32,000 bases of DNA from Thermodesulfobacterium commune DSM 2178 (GTDB lineage Bacteria > Desulfobacterota > Thermodesulfobacteria > Thermodesulfobacteriales > Thermodesulfobacteriaceae). This document shows positions 1 to 8,394 of this stretch, piece after piece. Position 1 is the stretch's first letter; each line of letters begins with the position of its first letter. Both the position numbers and the translations under genes were made by a program. The stretch lies in NCBI RefSeq assembly GCF_000734015.1, contig NZ_CP008796.1:900001-932000 (forward strand), written 5' to 3'. Below the pieces are notes generated by a model. That model was not told the origin of the DNA and did no database searches. It was given only the letters and a program-made list of their open reading frames with translations.

Positions 1-333
1 TGCATGTCCAGAAAGAACCATAAAATTTTTAAAACCACAAAGATAAAACTGATAAAAAAGGTTTATCATCAATTTTTTTAATACCTCTCCGGTAATACTT
101 ATCGTCCCAGGAAGGGTGCTCGTACTTCTACAAAGACCATAATAAATCGGTGGGGCTATAAGAACCTTTTTTTTCTCGGCTACCTTTTTACAGACCTCAT
201 AGATAGTATAAAGGTCTGTAGCTAAAGGTAAATGAGGACCATGAGCCTCAACAGAACCTACAGGGAAAATAACGGTCTTTACTTGTTTTTTAGCCTCTTC
301 AAATTCTAAAGAAGTAATCTCCTCTACTAACAT
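1..333 (-). CDS. creatininase (creatinine amidohydrolase) family protein, N-terminal 111 codons; 3' end lies beyond the left edge
   Basis: Absent from the ORF track because it is truncated. My reverse-strand translation from ATG (complement of 331-333) reads MLVEEITSLEFEEAKKQVKTVIFPVGSVEAHGPHLPLATDLYTI...FMVLSGHA with no stop down to position 1. EAHGPHLPL.TD and SGH are metal-ligand motifs of the creatininase fold. GAGG lies about 9 nt upstream. Confidence 0.6.
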   Translation of the reverse strand, partial: MLVEEITSLEFEEAKKQVKTVIFPVGSVEAHGPHLPLATDLYTIYEVCKKVAEKKKVLIAPPIYYGLCRSTSTLPGTISITGEVLKKLMINLFYQFYLCGFKNFMVLSGHA

Positions 334-392
334 AATTTAACCTCTTGGAACTATCGATATTTTGATTATTTGAATTATAATTAAAATTTGCT

Positions 393-1733
393 ATGAAGAA
401 AAGGGTTTATATAAAAACTTTTGGTTGTCAAATGAATGAAAACGATTCAGAAAAGGTACTCATTCTTTTAAAAGAAGAGTATGTTCCTACCGATAACCCT
501 GAAGAAGCAGACCTTATCATAGTAAATACCTGTTCTGTAAGGGAAAAACCTCAACACAAAGTCTATAGTGAGGTAGGGAGGTATAAACCCTTAAAAAAGA
601 AAAAAAAACATCTCCTCATAGGTATTATAGGATGTGTTGCCCAACAAGAAGGAGAAAACCTGATTAAAAAACTTCCCTATGTAGATTTCGTGTTAGGAAC
701 CCAAAGTTTTTATCAAATAAAGGAGGTTATAACTAAACTTCAAAAGGATCCTAAACCTATTGTGTTAACCGAATTAACTAACGAGTTTAAACCACCTTTA
801 GTGCTTCCTGAGGAGACTTTATCTAAAAACACCGAAAAGGTTACTGCTTTTGTCACGATAATGCAAGGATGTGATAATTTTTGTTCTTATTGTATCGTTC
901 CTTATGTCAGAGGAAGAGAAACAAGTAGACCTCCAGAAGAAATCATAGAAGAGATAAAGAGATTGGTAGAATTAGGGGTAAGGGAGGTTACCCTTTTAGG
1001 ACAAAACGTAAACTCCTATGGGCTAAAGGAAAAGGGTTATCCTGATTTTCCAGAACTCTTGAACCAAATCGCAGCCATAGAAGACTTATGGAGAATAAGG
1101 TTTACTACCAGTCATCCTAAAGACCTTTCAGAGAAACTAATAAGAACTATGGCTGAAAATCCCAAAATATGTCATCATATCCATCTCCCTCTTCAGGCTG
1201 GTTCAAACAGAATATTAAAACGAATGAACCGTAAATATACTAAAGAAGAATATTTAGAAAAAGTAGCAAAACTTAGGGAGCTAATTCCTGACATAGCTAT
1301 TACTACCGATATCATTGTAGGATTTCCAGGAGAAACTGAGGAGGATTTTGAAGAAACTTTAGAAATGCTAAAAACAGTAAGGTACCATGAAATTTTTTCT
1401 TTTAAGTACTCAGATCGTCCGTTTACCACAGCTAAAAATTTCGAGGACAAAATTCCTGAAGAAGAAAAAGAGATAAGACTAAAACTTGTTCAGGAACTAC
1501 AAAAAACTATTACCCAAGAAATCTACCAACAATATGTAGGGAAAGAAATGGAAGTGTTGGTTGAAGGTTTTAGCTCAAAATCTAAAACTCAACTTATGGG
1601 ACGTACCAGCACAAACGTAATAGTGAATTTTTACTCTCCAAGGCTTGACCTAAAAGGTAGATTAGTTAAGGTTCGAATAGAAGAAGCAGGAAAACACTCT
1701 TTAAAGGGTAGGTATCTTGAAATTCTAAAATAA
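393..1733 (+). CDS. miaB: tRNA-2-methylthio-N6-dimethylallyladenosine synthase (radical SAM methylthiotransferase)
   Basis: 446-aa ORF. Canonical N-terminus MKKRVYIKTFGCQMNENDSE, radical-SAM cluster motif CDNFCSYCIVPYVRG, and a C-terminal TRAM-like domain. Confidence 0.9.
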   Translation: MKKRVYIKTFGCQMNENDSEKVLILLKEEYVPTDNPEEADLIIVNTCSVREKPQHKVYSEVGRYKPLKKKKKHLLIGIIGCVAQQEGENLIKKLPYVDFVLGTQSFYQIKEVITKLQKDPKPIVLTELTNEFKPPLVLPEETLSKNTEKVTAFVTIMQGCDNFCSYCIVPYVRGRETSRPPEEIIEEIKRLVELGVREVTLLGQNVNSYGLKEKGYPDFPELLNQIAAIEDLWRIRFTTSHPKDLSEKLIRTMAENPKICHHIHLPLQAGSNRILKRMNRKYTKEEYLEKVAKLRELIPDIAITTDIIVGFPGETEEDFEETLEMLKTVRYHEIFSFKYSDRPFTTAKNFEDKIPEEEKEIRLKLVQELQKTITQEIYQQYVGKEMEVLVEGFSSKSKTQLMGRTSTNVIVNFYSPRLDLKGRLVKVRIEEAGKHSLKGRYLEILK

Positions 1734-1736
1734 ACT

Positions 1737-1772
1737 AAATTGCAATTTATACAAAAATTGCAATTTTTACAA
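1737..1772. promoter_or_regulatory. tandem 18-bp repeat, each unit containing the perfect 12-bp palindrome AAATTGCAATTT; putative enhancer (UAS) for the neighbouring sigma-54 activator
   Basis: Unit 1 (1737-1754) is AAATTGCAATTTATACAA and unit 2 (1755-1772) is AAATTGCAATTTTTACAA, with 1 mismatch. The palindrome centres lie about 100 and 118 bp upstream of the -12 element at 1860, the usual distance for bEBP sites. Confidence 0.4.
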
Positions 1773-1846
1773 AATCAAACTACAGTTTAATTTATCTACT
1801 TTTGGATAAAGTTTAGCAGGTCTATCATAAGAAAAATTTTTTAAAA

Positions 1847-1862
1847 TGGTATGTTTTTTGCT
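1847..1862 (+). promoter_or_regulatory. sigma-54 (-24/-12) promoter
   Basis: TGGTATGTTTTTTGCT has GG (1848-1849) and GC (1860-1861) separated by exactly 10 nt. It matches the consensus TGGCACG-N4-TTGCW at TGG, A, G, TTGC and W. It lies 83 nt upstream of ATG 1945, and a sigma-54 activator is encoded next door. Confidence 0.55.
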
Positions 1863-1944
1863 GAGAGTTGTGTGAGCGTGTTTTTTGTGTGTTCTTTAAA
1901 GTTAAAACTTTAATATTAAAACTTTGAGAAAGGAGGTATTATCA

Positions 1945-2301
1945 ATGAGAAGGATAGCGGCAAGTTTGATAATGCTTAGCTTTTTGGGTTTAATAGTTAC
2001 AGGTATAGCCTTTGCGAAAAAAGAAACGATGGTAGGAGGTAAATATTATCCTCCTAATCTAAACCCTATAAAAGTTAAAGAGTTTTGTCAAGAAATACAG
2101 CCTCTCTGGCAAAAACAACTGCAGCTTTCTTCTGAACTGCGTGTCTTGTGGGGACAAAACCCACCTAACTGGGAGGCTATACAGCAAAAGGAAATAGAAA
2201 TTCAAAAAATCAGGGTTGAAATTCAAAAAAAGGCTTATGAAAAAGGGCTTCCCTATGGTCCAAGAAAAGGGCTAAACTTTAGAAAACTATGTGGGTGGTA
2301 A
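1945..2301 (+). CDS. small secreted periplasmic protein, ZraP/Spy/CpxP-like (heavy-metal / envelope-stress chaperone family)
   Basis: I prefer ATG 1945, with AGGAGG at 1931-1936 (8-nt spacer), over the track's TTG 1924. Signal peptide MRRIAASLIMLSFLGLIVTGIAFA. The helical core LWQKQLQLSSELRVLWGQNPPNWEAIQQKEIEIQKIRVEIQKKAYEKGLPYG parallels the E. coli ZraP pattern LQQQL...NPPD..KI....E...LR......GIPRG. It is adjacent to a ZraSR-type two-component system. Confidence 0.6.
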   Translation: MRRIAASLIMLSFLGLIVTGIAFAKKETMVGGKYYPPNLNPIKVKEFCQEIQPLWQKQLQLSSELRVLWGQNPPNWEAIQQKEIEIQKIRVEIQKKAYEKGLPYGPRKGLNFRKLCGW

Positions 2302-2337
2302 AAATTTCTCTTTTTACTATCAAAGTGGTTACAAAAC

Positions 2338-3693
2338 TTAAAACTTAATATCGTATTCCTTTAGTTTATAATAAAGGGTTCTCAGAGAAATCCCTAAAAG
2401 TTTGGCAGCCTCTTTTTTATTCCCTTTGGTCTTCTTTAAAGCTTCTATGATAGCGTTTTTTTCTAAGGATCTAAGGTCTACCACATCTTCGGATAGAAGA
2501 CTGGTTTTCTCTAAAGGTTTAATTTCTGTAGAAAAAGGAAGGGCCTGTAGGTATCCCAAATCTACCTCAATCTCTTTGCCTTCTGACATCAGGAAAGCCC
2601 TTTCTAACAAGTTTTCAAGTTCTCTTACGTTACCTGGAAAGGGATATTTTAACAAAAATTCCTTAGAATGTGAGCTCAACGGTAAAGGGTCTCGTTGTAA
2701 CTTTTTAGCTAATCTATGGATGATAAACTCCGCTATTTTTAATATAGCTTGTTTTCTTTCTCTCAAGGGTTTTACCTCTACAGGAAAAACATTAATCCTA
2801 AAAAACAAATCCTCCCTAAACTTACCTTCTTTAACCAACTTGATAAGGTCCCGGTTGGTTGCCGTAATAAACCTGGCGTTAGTCTTTATAGAGGTTAAAC
2901 TCCCTAACCTTTCAAAAGTTCTATTTTGCAATACACTTAAAAATTTTGCCTGTACGGTGAGGTTCATCTCTGAAATCTCGTCTAAAAACAACGTTCCATC
3001 TTTGGCTAACTCTATCTTTCCGGGTTTACTCTTTAAGGCCCCTGTAAAAGCACCCTTTTCATACCCAAATAGTTCGGCTTCTATTAACGTTTCAGGGATG
3101 GCTGCACAATTAACCTCTACAAATTTACCTGGCCTTCGGCTAAGACGATGGATGACCTTAGCTATCAACGACTTTCCTGTACCTGTCTCACCGTATAAAA
3201 TCACAGTAGTGTCTGTAGGGGCTACTTTTACTACTTTATCGTAAACTTCCTCCATCCCTAAAAATAAGATTTCTAAAGGAGGAAGTTCTTCTTGGGTTTC
3301 TTCCTTAAGATCTTCCTTGGGTTTTTTAGCTAAGATGTTTTGAACTAAACTTAAAAAGTCTTCAGGACTGGAAAGAGGTTTGGTAATATAATCTACAGCC
3401 CCCTTTTTCATGGCCTCTACCGCAGAACTTACAGTAGCATAGGCGGTTATCACTAGAAACAAGGTATTAGGTAAGACAGGTTTTACCTTTTCGATAAAAT
3501 CTATTCCGTTCATCTTAGGAAGTTTAAGGTCTGTAATGATAAGGTCAGGGTTAAAGTCAAACACCTTTTTAAAAGCTAACTCAGGGTCTTCACAGGTTTC
3601 TACCTGATAACCTCGCTCTTTTAGCAACACCTCTAAAAGGGTGGCAAAAGAAAGGTCGTCTTCTAAGATAAAAATCTTGGCATTTCTAACCAT
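2338..3693 (-). CDS. sigma-54-dependent response regulator (NtrC/ZraR/AtoC family bacterial enhancer-binding protein)
   Basis: 451-aa ORF. REC domain (ILEDD...ITDLKLPKMNG), AAA+ sigma-54 interaction domain (Walker A GETGTGKS, GAFTGA loop in YEKGAFTGA, Walker B LFLDEI), and a C-terminal Fis-type HTH (AAKLLGISLRTLYYKLK). Confidence 0.9.
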   Translation of the reverse strand: MVRNAKIFILEDDLSFATLLEVLLKERGYQVETCEDPELAFKKVFDFNPDLIITDLKLPKMNGIDFIEKVKPVLPNTLFLVITAYATVSSAVEAMKKGAVDYITKPLSSPEDFLSLVQNILAKKPKEDLKEETQEELPPLEILFLGMEEVYDKVVKVAPTDTTVILYGETGTGKSLIAKVIHRLSRRPGKFVEVNCAAIPETLIEAELFGYEKGAFTGALKSKPGKIELAKDGTLFLDEISEMNLTVQAKFLSVLQNRTFERLGSLTSIKTNARFITATNRDLIKLVKEGKFREDLFFRINVFPVEVKPLRERKQAILKIAEFIIHRLAKKLQRDPLPLSSHSKEFLLKYPFPGNVRELENLLERAFLMSEGKEIEVDLGYLQALPFSTEIKPLEKTSLLSEDVVDLRSLEKNAIIEALKKTKGNKKEAAKLLGISLRTLYYKLKEYDIKF

Positions 3694-4958
3694 ATAGCCG
3701 TTCCTTCCCCTGGTTTGGTTTGAACCTTAATTTTAATTTTCATCGCCTCACATAGCTTTTCTACTATTGCCAAACCTAAACCTGAGCCTTTAGGTTTGGT
3801 AGTAAAAAAAGGAGTAAACGCTTTTTTCAAAGTCTCTTCATCCATACCTACCCCGTTGTCTATCACCCCTAACCTCAGGGTTTCTCCTTTGTCTTCTATT
3901 TCTACTTTTATCTCTTTTTTCTCCTGGTTGGTTTCCAACACCGCATCAAAGGCATTCTGAATTAAATTTACCACTATTTCTTTTAATTTGTCAGGGTCAG
4001 TTATGATACTAAAATCCTCTCCTTTAACAAAAAAAGTTACGTCTACTTGAGGATATTTATCTTTAAAACTTAACCAAACCTCTTCTACCAGTTCTCTCAG
4101 GTCAAAATGCTTAGACTCTATCTTGACAGGATTAACATAAAAAATCAACTCATCTGTTAACCTTTCTATCCTTAAAGCCTCGTTAAAAATAATTCCTAAA
4201 TATCTTTTATAATCTCTCTCGGTTATCTTTTCTGCTAAATACTGGGAAAAACCTTTGATACTTCCTAAGGGATTCCTGATCTCATGAGATAAAATCTTAG
4301 CCATGGTAGAAATACTTTCTAATTGTTTCATCTTAAGTGCCATATGTTCATAATGGATAAGAAACTTAGTGCCTATCCCACCTGCTACTAAAAGCCCTAA
4401 ACAGGCCAGCATTTTTAACAAAAACAAAAACTGAGCCCTTTTTACGATAAACAAAAAGGTATTTATATTTAGCCCTACCCTAAGATAAAGATTATATTTT
4501 TGAGTATAAAAATTAAAATCTGCCAGAAAAATCTGTTTATAAGGTTCTTCTGGTTCTGAATAAAAACGATAATAAGGAAGCTTGTGCCTTTTTAACTCTA
4601 TTAATTCTTCGAGGTCTATTTTATAACCTATCAGTTCTGGGTTAGAATGAAGAATAATGTCTCCGTCTTCGTCATAAAGCATTATAAATTCTAAGTTTTC
4701 CCAATTTTGGCTTAAAATGATGTTTAAAAAGGTGTTGTAGTTAATCTCATCAAGGTTGGTATAAGTCATAACTCCTTGAAGGGTGATAGCTATCATCATA
4801 GCTTGGTCCTCAAGGGCTTTCTGGGCTAAAAGCTTTGAATTTTTATAAGAAAAAATCGCACTTAAAAACAGGGTAATTATAGCTAAGGCTACCACACCCC
4901 ATAAAATCAGAGCAGATTTAAAACTTATCTGTTTAAAAATTTGTTTTAATTTCTCCAT
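3663..4958 (-). CDS. membrane sensor histidine kinase (partner of the sigma-54 regulator)
   Basis: 431-aa ORF. Two hydrophobic segments flank an extracytoplasmic domain of about 135 aa. H-box SHEIRNPLGSI, N-box NLIQNAFDA, G1 DNGVGM, G2 GSGLGLAIV. The 3' end overlaps the regulator start by 31 nt. Confidence 0.85.
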   Translation of the reverse strand: MEKLKQIFKQISFKSALILWGVVALAIITLFLSAIFSYKNSKLLAQKALEDQAMMIAITLQGVMTYTNLDEINYNTFLNIILSQNWENLEFIMLYDEDGDIILHSNPELIGYKIDLEELIELKRHKLPYYRFYSEPEEPYKQIFLADFNFYTQKYNLYLRVGLNINTFLFIVKRAQFLFLLKMLACLGLLVAGGIGTKFLIHYEHMALKMKQLESISTMAKILSHEIRNPLGSIKGFSQYLAEKITERDYKRYLGIIFNEALRIERLTDELIFYVNPVKIESKHFDLRELVEEVWLSFKDKYPQVDVTFFVKGEDFSIITDPDKLKEIVVNLIQNAFDAVLETNQEKKEIKVEIEDKGETLRLGVIDNGVGMDEETLKKAFTPFFTTKPKGSGLGLAIVEKLCEAMKIKIKVQTKPGEGTAIWLEMPRFLS

Positions 4959-4983
4959 CGTAATTTTCTAATATACCATAACT

Positions 4984-5012
4984 CTGTCAATCTTCTAAAA
5001 TAAAGGTATAAT
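4984..5012 (+). promoter_or_regulatory. possible sigma-70 promoter for the GT2-recG operon (near-leaderless)
   Basis: CTGTCA (4984-4989), a 17-nt spacer, then TATAAT (5007-5012). The ATG at 5021 is only 8 nt after the -10 box and has no SD. AT-rich context, so this could be a chance match. Confidence 0.3.
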
Positions 5013-5020
5013 TTTATTCG

Positions 5021-5887
5021 ATGAAAACCCCTGTAGTAAGCGTAATCATACCTACTTACAATCGGGCTTATATCCTGTTTAAGGCTATAGAGAGTGTACT
5101 AAACCAAACCTTTAAAAACTTAGAAATCATCGTAGTAGACGATGGGTCCACAGACCAAACCCCTAAACTTATTACCAGATACCCTGTAGTCTATGTAAAA
5201 AAACCAAGGAAAGGGGTAGCTCATGCCAGAAATAGGGGGCTTTTTCATGCCAAAGGGCGTTACATCGCCTTTCTAGACAGCGACGATATGTTTACCCCTA
5301 CCAAACTTGAAGAACAATTACTCTTTTTTGAAAAACATCCTTCTTATAAAATTGTCCAGACAGATGAGATCTGGTACAAAGGGGAAAAAAGACTTAACCC
5401 AAAAAAGATTCACAAAAAAGCCGAAGGTTGGTTTTTTGAAAGAGCTGTTAAGTTGTGCGTTGTTTCTATGTCTACAGTTTTGATAAAAAAAGAACTTTTT
5501 GAAGAAATTGGAGTCTTTGACGAAGAATTTTGGGTATGTGAAGACTACGAATTTTGGTTAAGGGTTGCGATAAAAACTCCTGTAGGATTGATACCTAAAC
5601 CTTTAGTAATCAAAAGCGGTGGAAGAGAAGATCAGCTTTCTGCTACCAAAGGGCTTGATTATTATAGAACTTTAGCCCTCATAAAACTCTTTAAAAACTA
5701 CCAAAAGGAATTAAGTTTAGAACAGAAATTGATACTATTTGGAGAAGCTAAAAATAAGTTTAATATCTTTTATAGAGGGGCTTTGAAACACGGCAACCTT
5801 AATCAAGCTTTTAATTTGAAAAAACTTTTTGAAGAAACCTTTAAAGAATCTGTATTTAGCCCTTTGAAATCCTTACCTAAACTATGA
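5021..5887 (+). CDS. family 2 glycosyltransferase
   Basis: 288-aa ORF with GT-A motifs VSVIIPTYNR, VVDDGSTD and FLDSDD. Confidence 0.8.
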   Translation: MKTPVVSVIIPTYNRAYILFKAIESVLNQTFKNLEIIVVDDGSTDQTPKLITRYPVVYVKKPRKGVAHARNRGLFHAKGRYIAFLDSDDMFTPTKLEEQLLFFEKHPSYKIVQTDEIWYKGEKRLNPKKIHKKAEGWFFERAVKLCVVSMSTVLIKKELFEEIGVFDEEFWVCEDYEFWLRVAIKTPVGLIPKPLVIKSGGREDQLSATKGLDYYRTLALIKLFKNYQKELSLEQKLILFGEAKNKFNIFYRGALKHGNLNQAFNLKKLFEETFKESVFSPLKSLPKL

Positions 5888-8355
5888 AAGAAGAAAAAAT
5901 GTTTACCAAAGAAGATTGGTTAACAAAGTTTACTAAACCCTTAGAGTTTGCCTATAAAAATAATTTTCAAAATCTGCACAAAATAAAATACTTAGAAAAA
6001 ACACTTTTAAAATTTATAGAAAACCTTCCTCAAGAATTTGAGCCTTATCGAGAAAAATTTTTAGAGCTTTGTTATGGTTTAGACCAGGTTTCTTTAGACG
6101 AAAAAAAGGAAAGAATAAAGGCGTTGTTTGATTTGTGTATTGTCTTAGGAATTAATAAAGAAGAACCCTCTGAGGTTGAAGAACCTCAAGAAGAACCGAT
6201 AAACCAAGAGTTTTATCAAGAGCCGACTTTTTCCTTAGAAGAATACAGACAGGCTAAAGAGGAACTAAAAAAACCCGTACAATTTTTAAAAGGGGTAGGT
6301 CCTAAAGTTGCCCAAAAGTTTGCTAAAAAAGACATTCACACGATCGAAGACCTGTTGTTTTTCTTGCCAAGGGATTATGAAGATCGAAGACATTTAATCC
6401 CTATTTCTAATTTAAAAGAAGGACAAAAGGCGGTTGTTTTTGGGGAAGTCATCAAAAGTGGAGTTGTTTATACCTCAAGAAGAAAAGTCTTTGAAGCCCA
6501 GCTTACTGATGGTACTGGAATTCTTCTCCTTCGGTGGTTTAACTTTAAAGAGTTTTTTTTGAGAAATCTTTTACAATCGGGCAAAAGAGTTTATACCATA
6601 GGGGAGGTAGGTAAATTCGGTAGGGTTTTTGAGATGGTCCATCCTGAAATAATACCAGAAGGAGAAGAGGATAAGCTCGAGTTAGAGTTAGGAAAGATTG
6701 TACCTGTTTACTCTGCGGTTGAAGGTTTAAGTGAGAGGCAACTAAGAAAGATTATCAAAAATGCGGTAGAAGATTATGCAGATTTTTTAGAAAATTTTAT
6801 TCCACGAGAATTCTTAAAAAAAAGAAGACTTTTGCCGTTAAACTTAGCCATCAAAAAGTTGCATTTCCCAGAGGATGAAAAAGACCTTTCTTTGCTTAAA
6901 AAAGAGGAAAGCGTTTATCACAAAAGCTTGGCCTATGATGAATTTTTCTTCTTAGAATTAGCCTTGGCTTTAAAAAAAAGTAAGGTCAAAAAAGAACAAG
7001 GAATCTCTTTTAGAACAGACGGAGAAAAAGTAAAAGCCTTTTTAGCTAAACTTCCTTTTGAGCTCACTTCAGCTCAAAAAAGGGTGTTAGAAGAAATCAA
7101 AAAAGACATGGCAAGTCCAGTGCCTATGAATCGACTTCTACAAGGAGATGTAGGGTGTGGAAAAACGGTTATAGCCTTTATTGCTGCGCTTATTGCCATA
7201 GATAACGGATATCAGGTAGCGATGATGGCTCCTACTGAAATCCTTGCTGAACAACATTACCATAACTTTAGACGTTATGCCCAGCTCATGGGAGTAAACG
7301 TAGCCCTTCTTTCTGGAGGGGTCCCTCCTGCTAAAAAAAGAGAAATTCATCATGGATTGGCTACTGGATTTATAGATTTTGTGATAGGAACCCATGCTCT
7401 TTTTCAAGAAAGAGTAGAATTTAAAAGATTAGGACTGGTGATCATAGACGAACAGCATCGTTTTGGTGTTTTACAAAGAGCAGCCTTAAGAGAAAAGGCT
7501 AAAGGTATAACCCCAGATACTTTGGTTATGACAGCCACCCCTATCCCCAGAACCCTTGGACTTACCATCTACGGAGATTTAGACCTTTCTATAATAGACG
7601 AAATGCCTAAAGGCAGAAAACCTGTCATCACCAAACTTTTTATAGAATATAACAAACACAAAGCCTATGAAGCGGTTAAAGAAGAATTAAGAAAGGGGCA
7701 TCAAGCTTATGTAATCCTTCCTCTGATAGAAGAATCAGAAAAACTCGACCTTAAGGCAGTAACTACCTATGGGGAAGAGTTACAAACAAAATTTTTTCCA
7801 GAGTTTAAAGTAGGGATTTTACACGGAAAGATGAGCTCTTTGGAAAAAGAAAAAATCATGCATCAGTTTAAGCGCAAAGAAATAGACATCTTAGTTTCTA
7901 CTACGGTGGTAGAGGTCGGTGTAGACGTTCCCAATGCTACAGTTATGGTAATAGAACATGCTGAAAGGTTCGGTTTGTCTCAACTTCATCAGCTAAGAGG
8001 AAGAGTAGGAAGGGGGGAGGCTCAATCTTACTGCTTTTTGATAGCTTATAAAATATCTATGGAAAGCGAAGCTTACAGACGCTTGCAGATATTATGTCAA
8101 ACCAACGACGGGTTTAAAATAGCTGAAGAAGACTTAAAACTTAGAGGGCCTGGAGACTTCTTAGGGACAAAACAATCTGGATATCTTGAATTTAAAAAAG
8201 CTGACTTAGTAAAAGACTACCCAATCCTATTGTGGGCAAGGGAAGACGCCTTTTCTTTGATAGAAAAAGACCCAGACCTTAGTAAACATCCTATTCTTAA
8301 AGAAGAACTAACCAGAAGATGGGAGGAAAGATTAAAACTTTCAGAGATAGCTTAA
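5884..8355 (+). CDS. recG: ATP-dependent DNA helicase RecG, with an N-terminal extension of about 130 aa
   Basis: 823-aa ORF. SF2 motifs GDVGCGKT, IIDEQHRFGV and QLRGRVGRG, plus the C-terminal TRG region GPGDFLGTKQSG. ATGA overlap with the GT2 stop. Confidence 0.9.
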   Translation: MKEEKMFTKEDWLTKFTKPLEFAYKNNFQNLHKIKYLEKTLLKFIENLPQEFEPYREKFLELCYGLDQVSLDEKKERIKALFDLCIVLGINKEEPSEVEEPQEEPINQEFYQEPTFSLEEYRQAKEELKKPVQFLKGVGPKVAQKFAKKDIHTIEDLLFFLPRDYEDRRHLIPISNLKEGQKAVVFGEVIKSGVVYTSRRKVFEAQLTDGTGILLLRWFNFKEFFLRNLLQSGKRVYTIGEVGKFGRVFEMVHPEIIPEGEEDKLELELGKIVPVYSAVEGLSERQLRKIIKNAVEDYADFLENFIPREFLKKRRLLPLNLAIKKLHFPEDEKDLSLLKKEESVYHKSLAYDEFFFLELALALKKSKVKKEQGISFRTDGEKVKAFLAKLPFELTSAQKRVLEEIKKDMASPVPMNRLLQGDVGCGKTVIAFIAALIAIDNGYQVAMMAPTEILAEQHYHNFRRYAQLMGVNVALLSGGVPPAKKREIHHGLATGFIDFVIGTHALFQERVEFKRLGLVIIDEQHRFGVLQRAALREKAKGITPDTLVMTATPIPRTLGLTIYGDLDLSIIDEMPKGRKPVITKLFIEYNKHKAYEAVKEELRKGHQAYVILPLIEESEKLDLKAVTTYGEELQTKFFPEFKVGILHGKMSSLEKEKIMHQFKRKEIDILVSTTVVEVGVDVPNATVMVIEHAERFGLSQLHQLRGRVGRGEAQSYCFLIAYKISMESEAYRRLQILCQTNDGFKIAEEDLKLRGPGDFLGTKQSGYLEFKKADLVKDYPILLWAREDAFSLIEKDPDLSKHPILKEELTRRWEERLKLSEIA

Positions 8356-8394
8356 ATTAAATAAAACAAGGAGTCAACTATCAGGAAATAGGAT

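Noticed and set aside
600-608. A9 homopolymer inside miaB (encoding KKKKK), considered as a possible slippage or phase-variation site.
   Set aside because: The reading frame is intact and the flanking protein sequence is continuous MiaB. Lys-rich runs are common in this AT-rich, Lys-rich proteome, and there is no evidence of a frameshifted alternative product.
393-1733. miaB as the radical SAM partner of the Memo-like gene (an AmmeMemoRadiSam-type system).
   Set aside because: It is a canonical MiaB (UPF0004 + radical SAM + TRAM) about 20 kb away and in a different transcription unit. No AMMECR1 homologue is present in the window.
1881-1930. AT-rich direct and palindromic repeats in the zraP-like 5' UTR (TTAAAACTTT twice, and TTTAATATTAAA).
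   Set aside because: These are short, pure A/T motifs in an AT-rich intergenic region with loops too small for stable hairpins. They are likely chance occurrences, and no function can be argued from the sequence.
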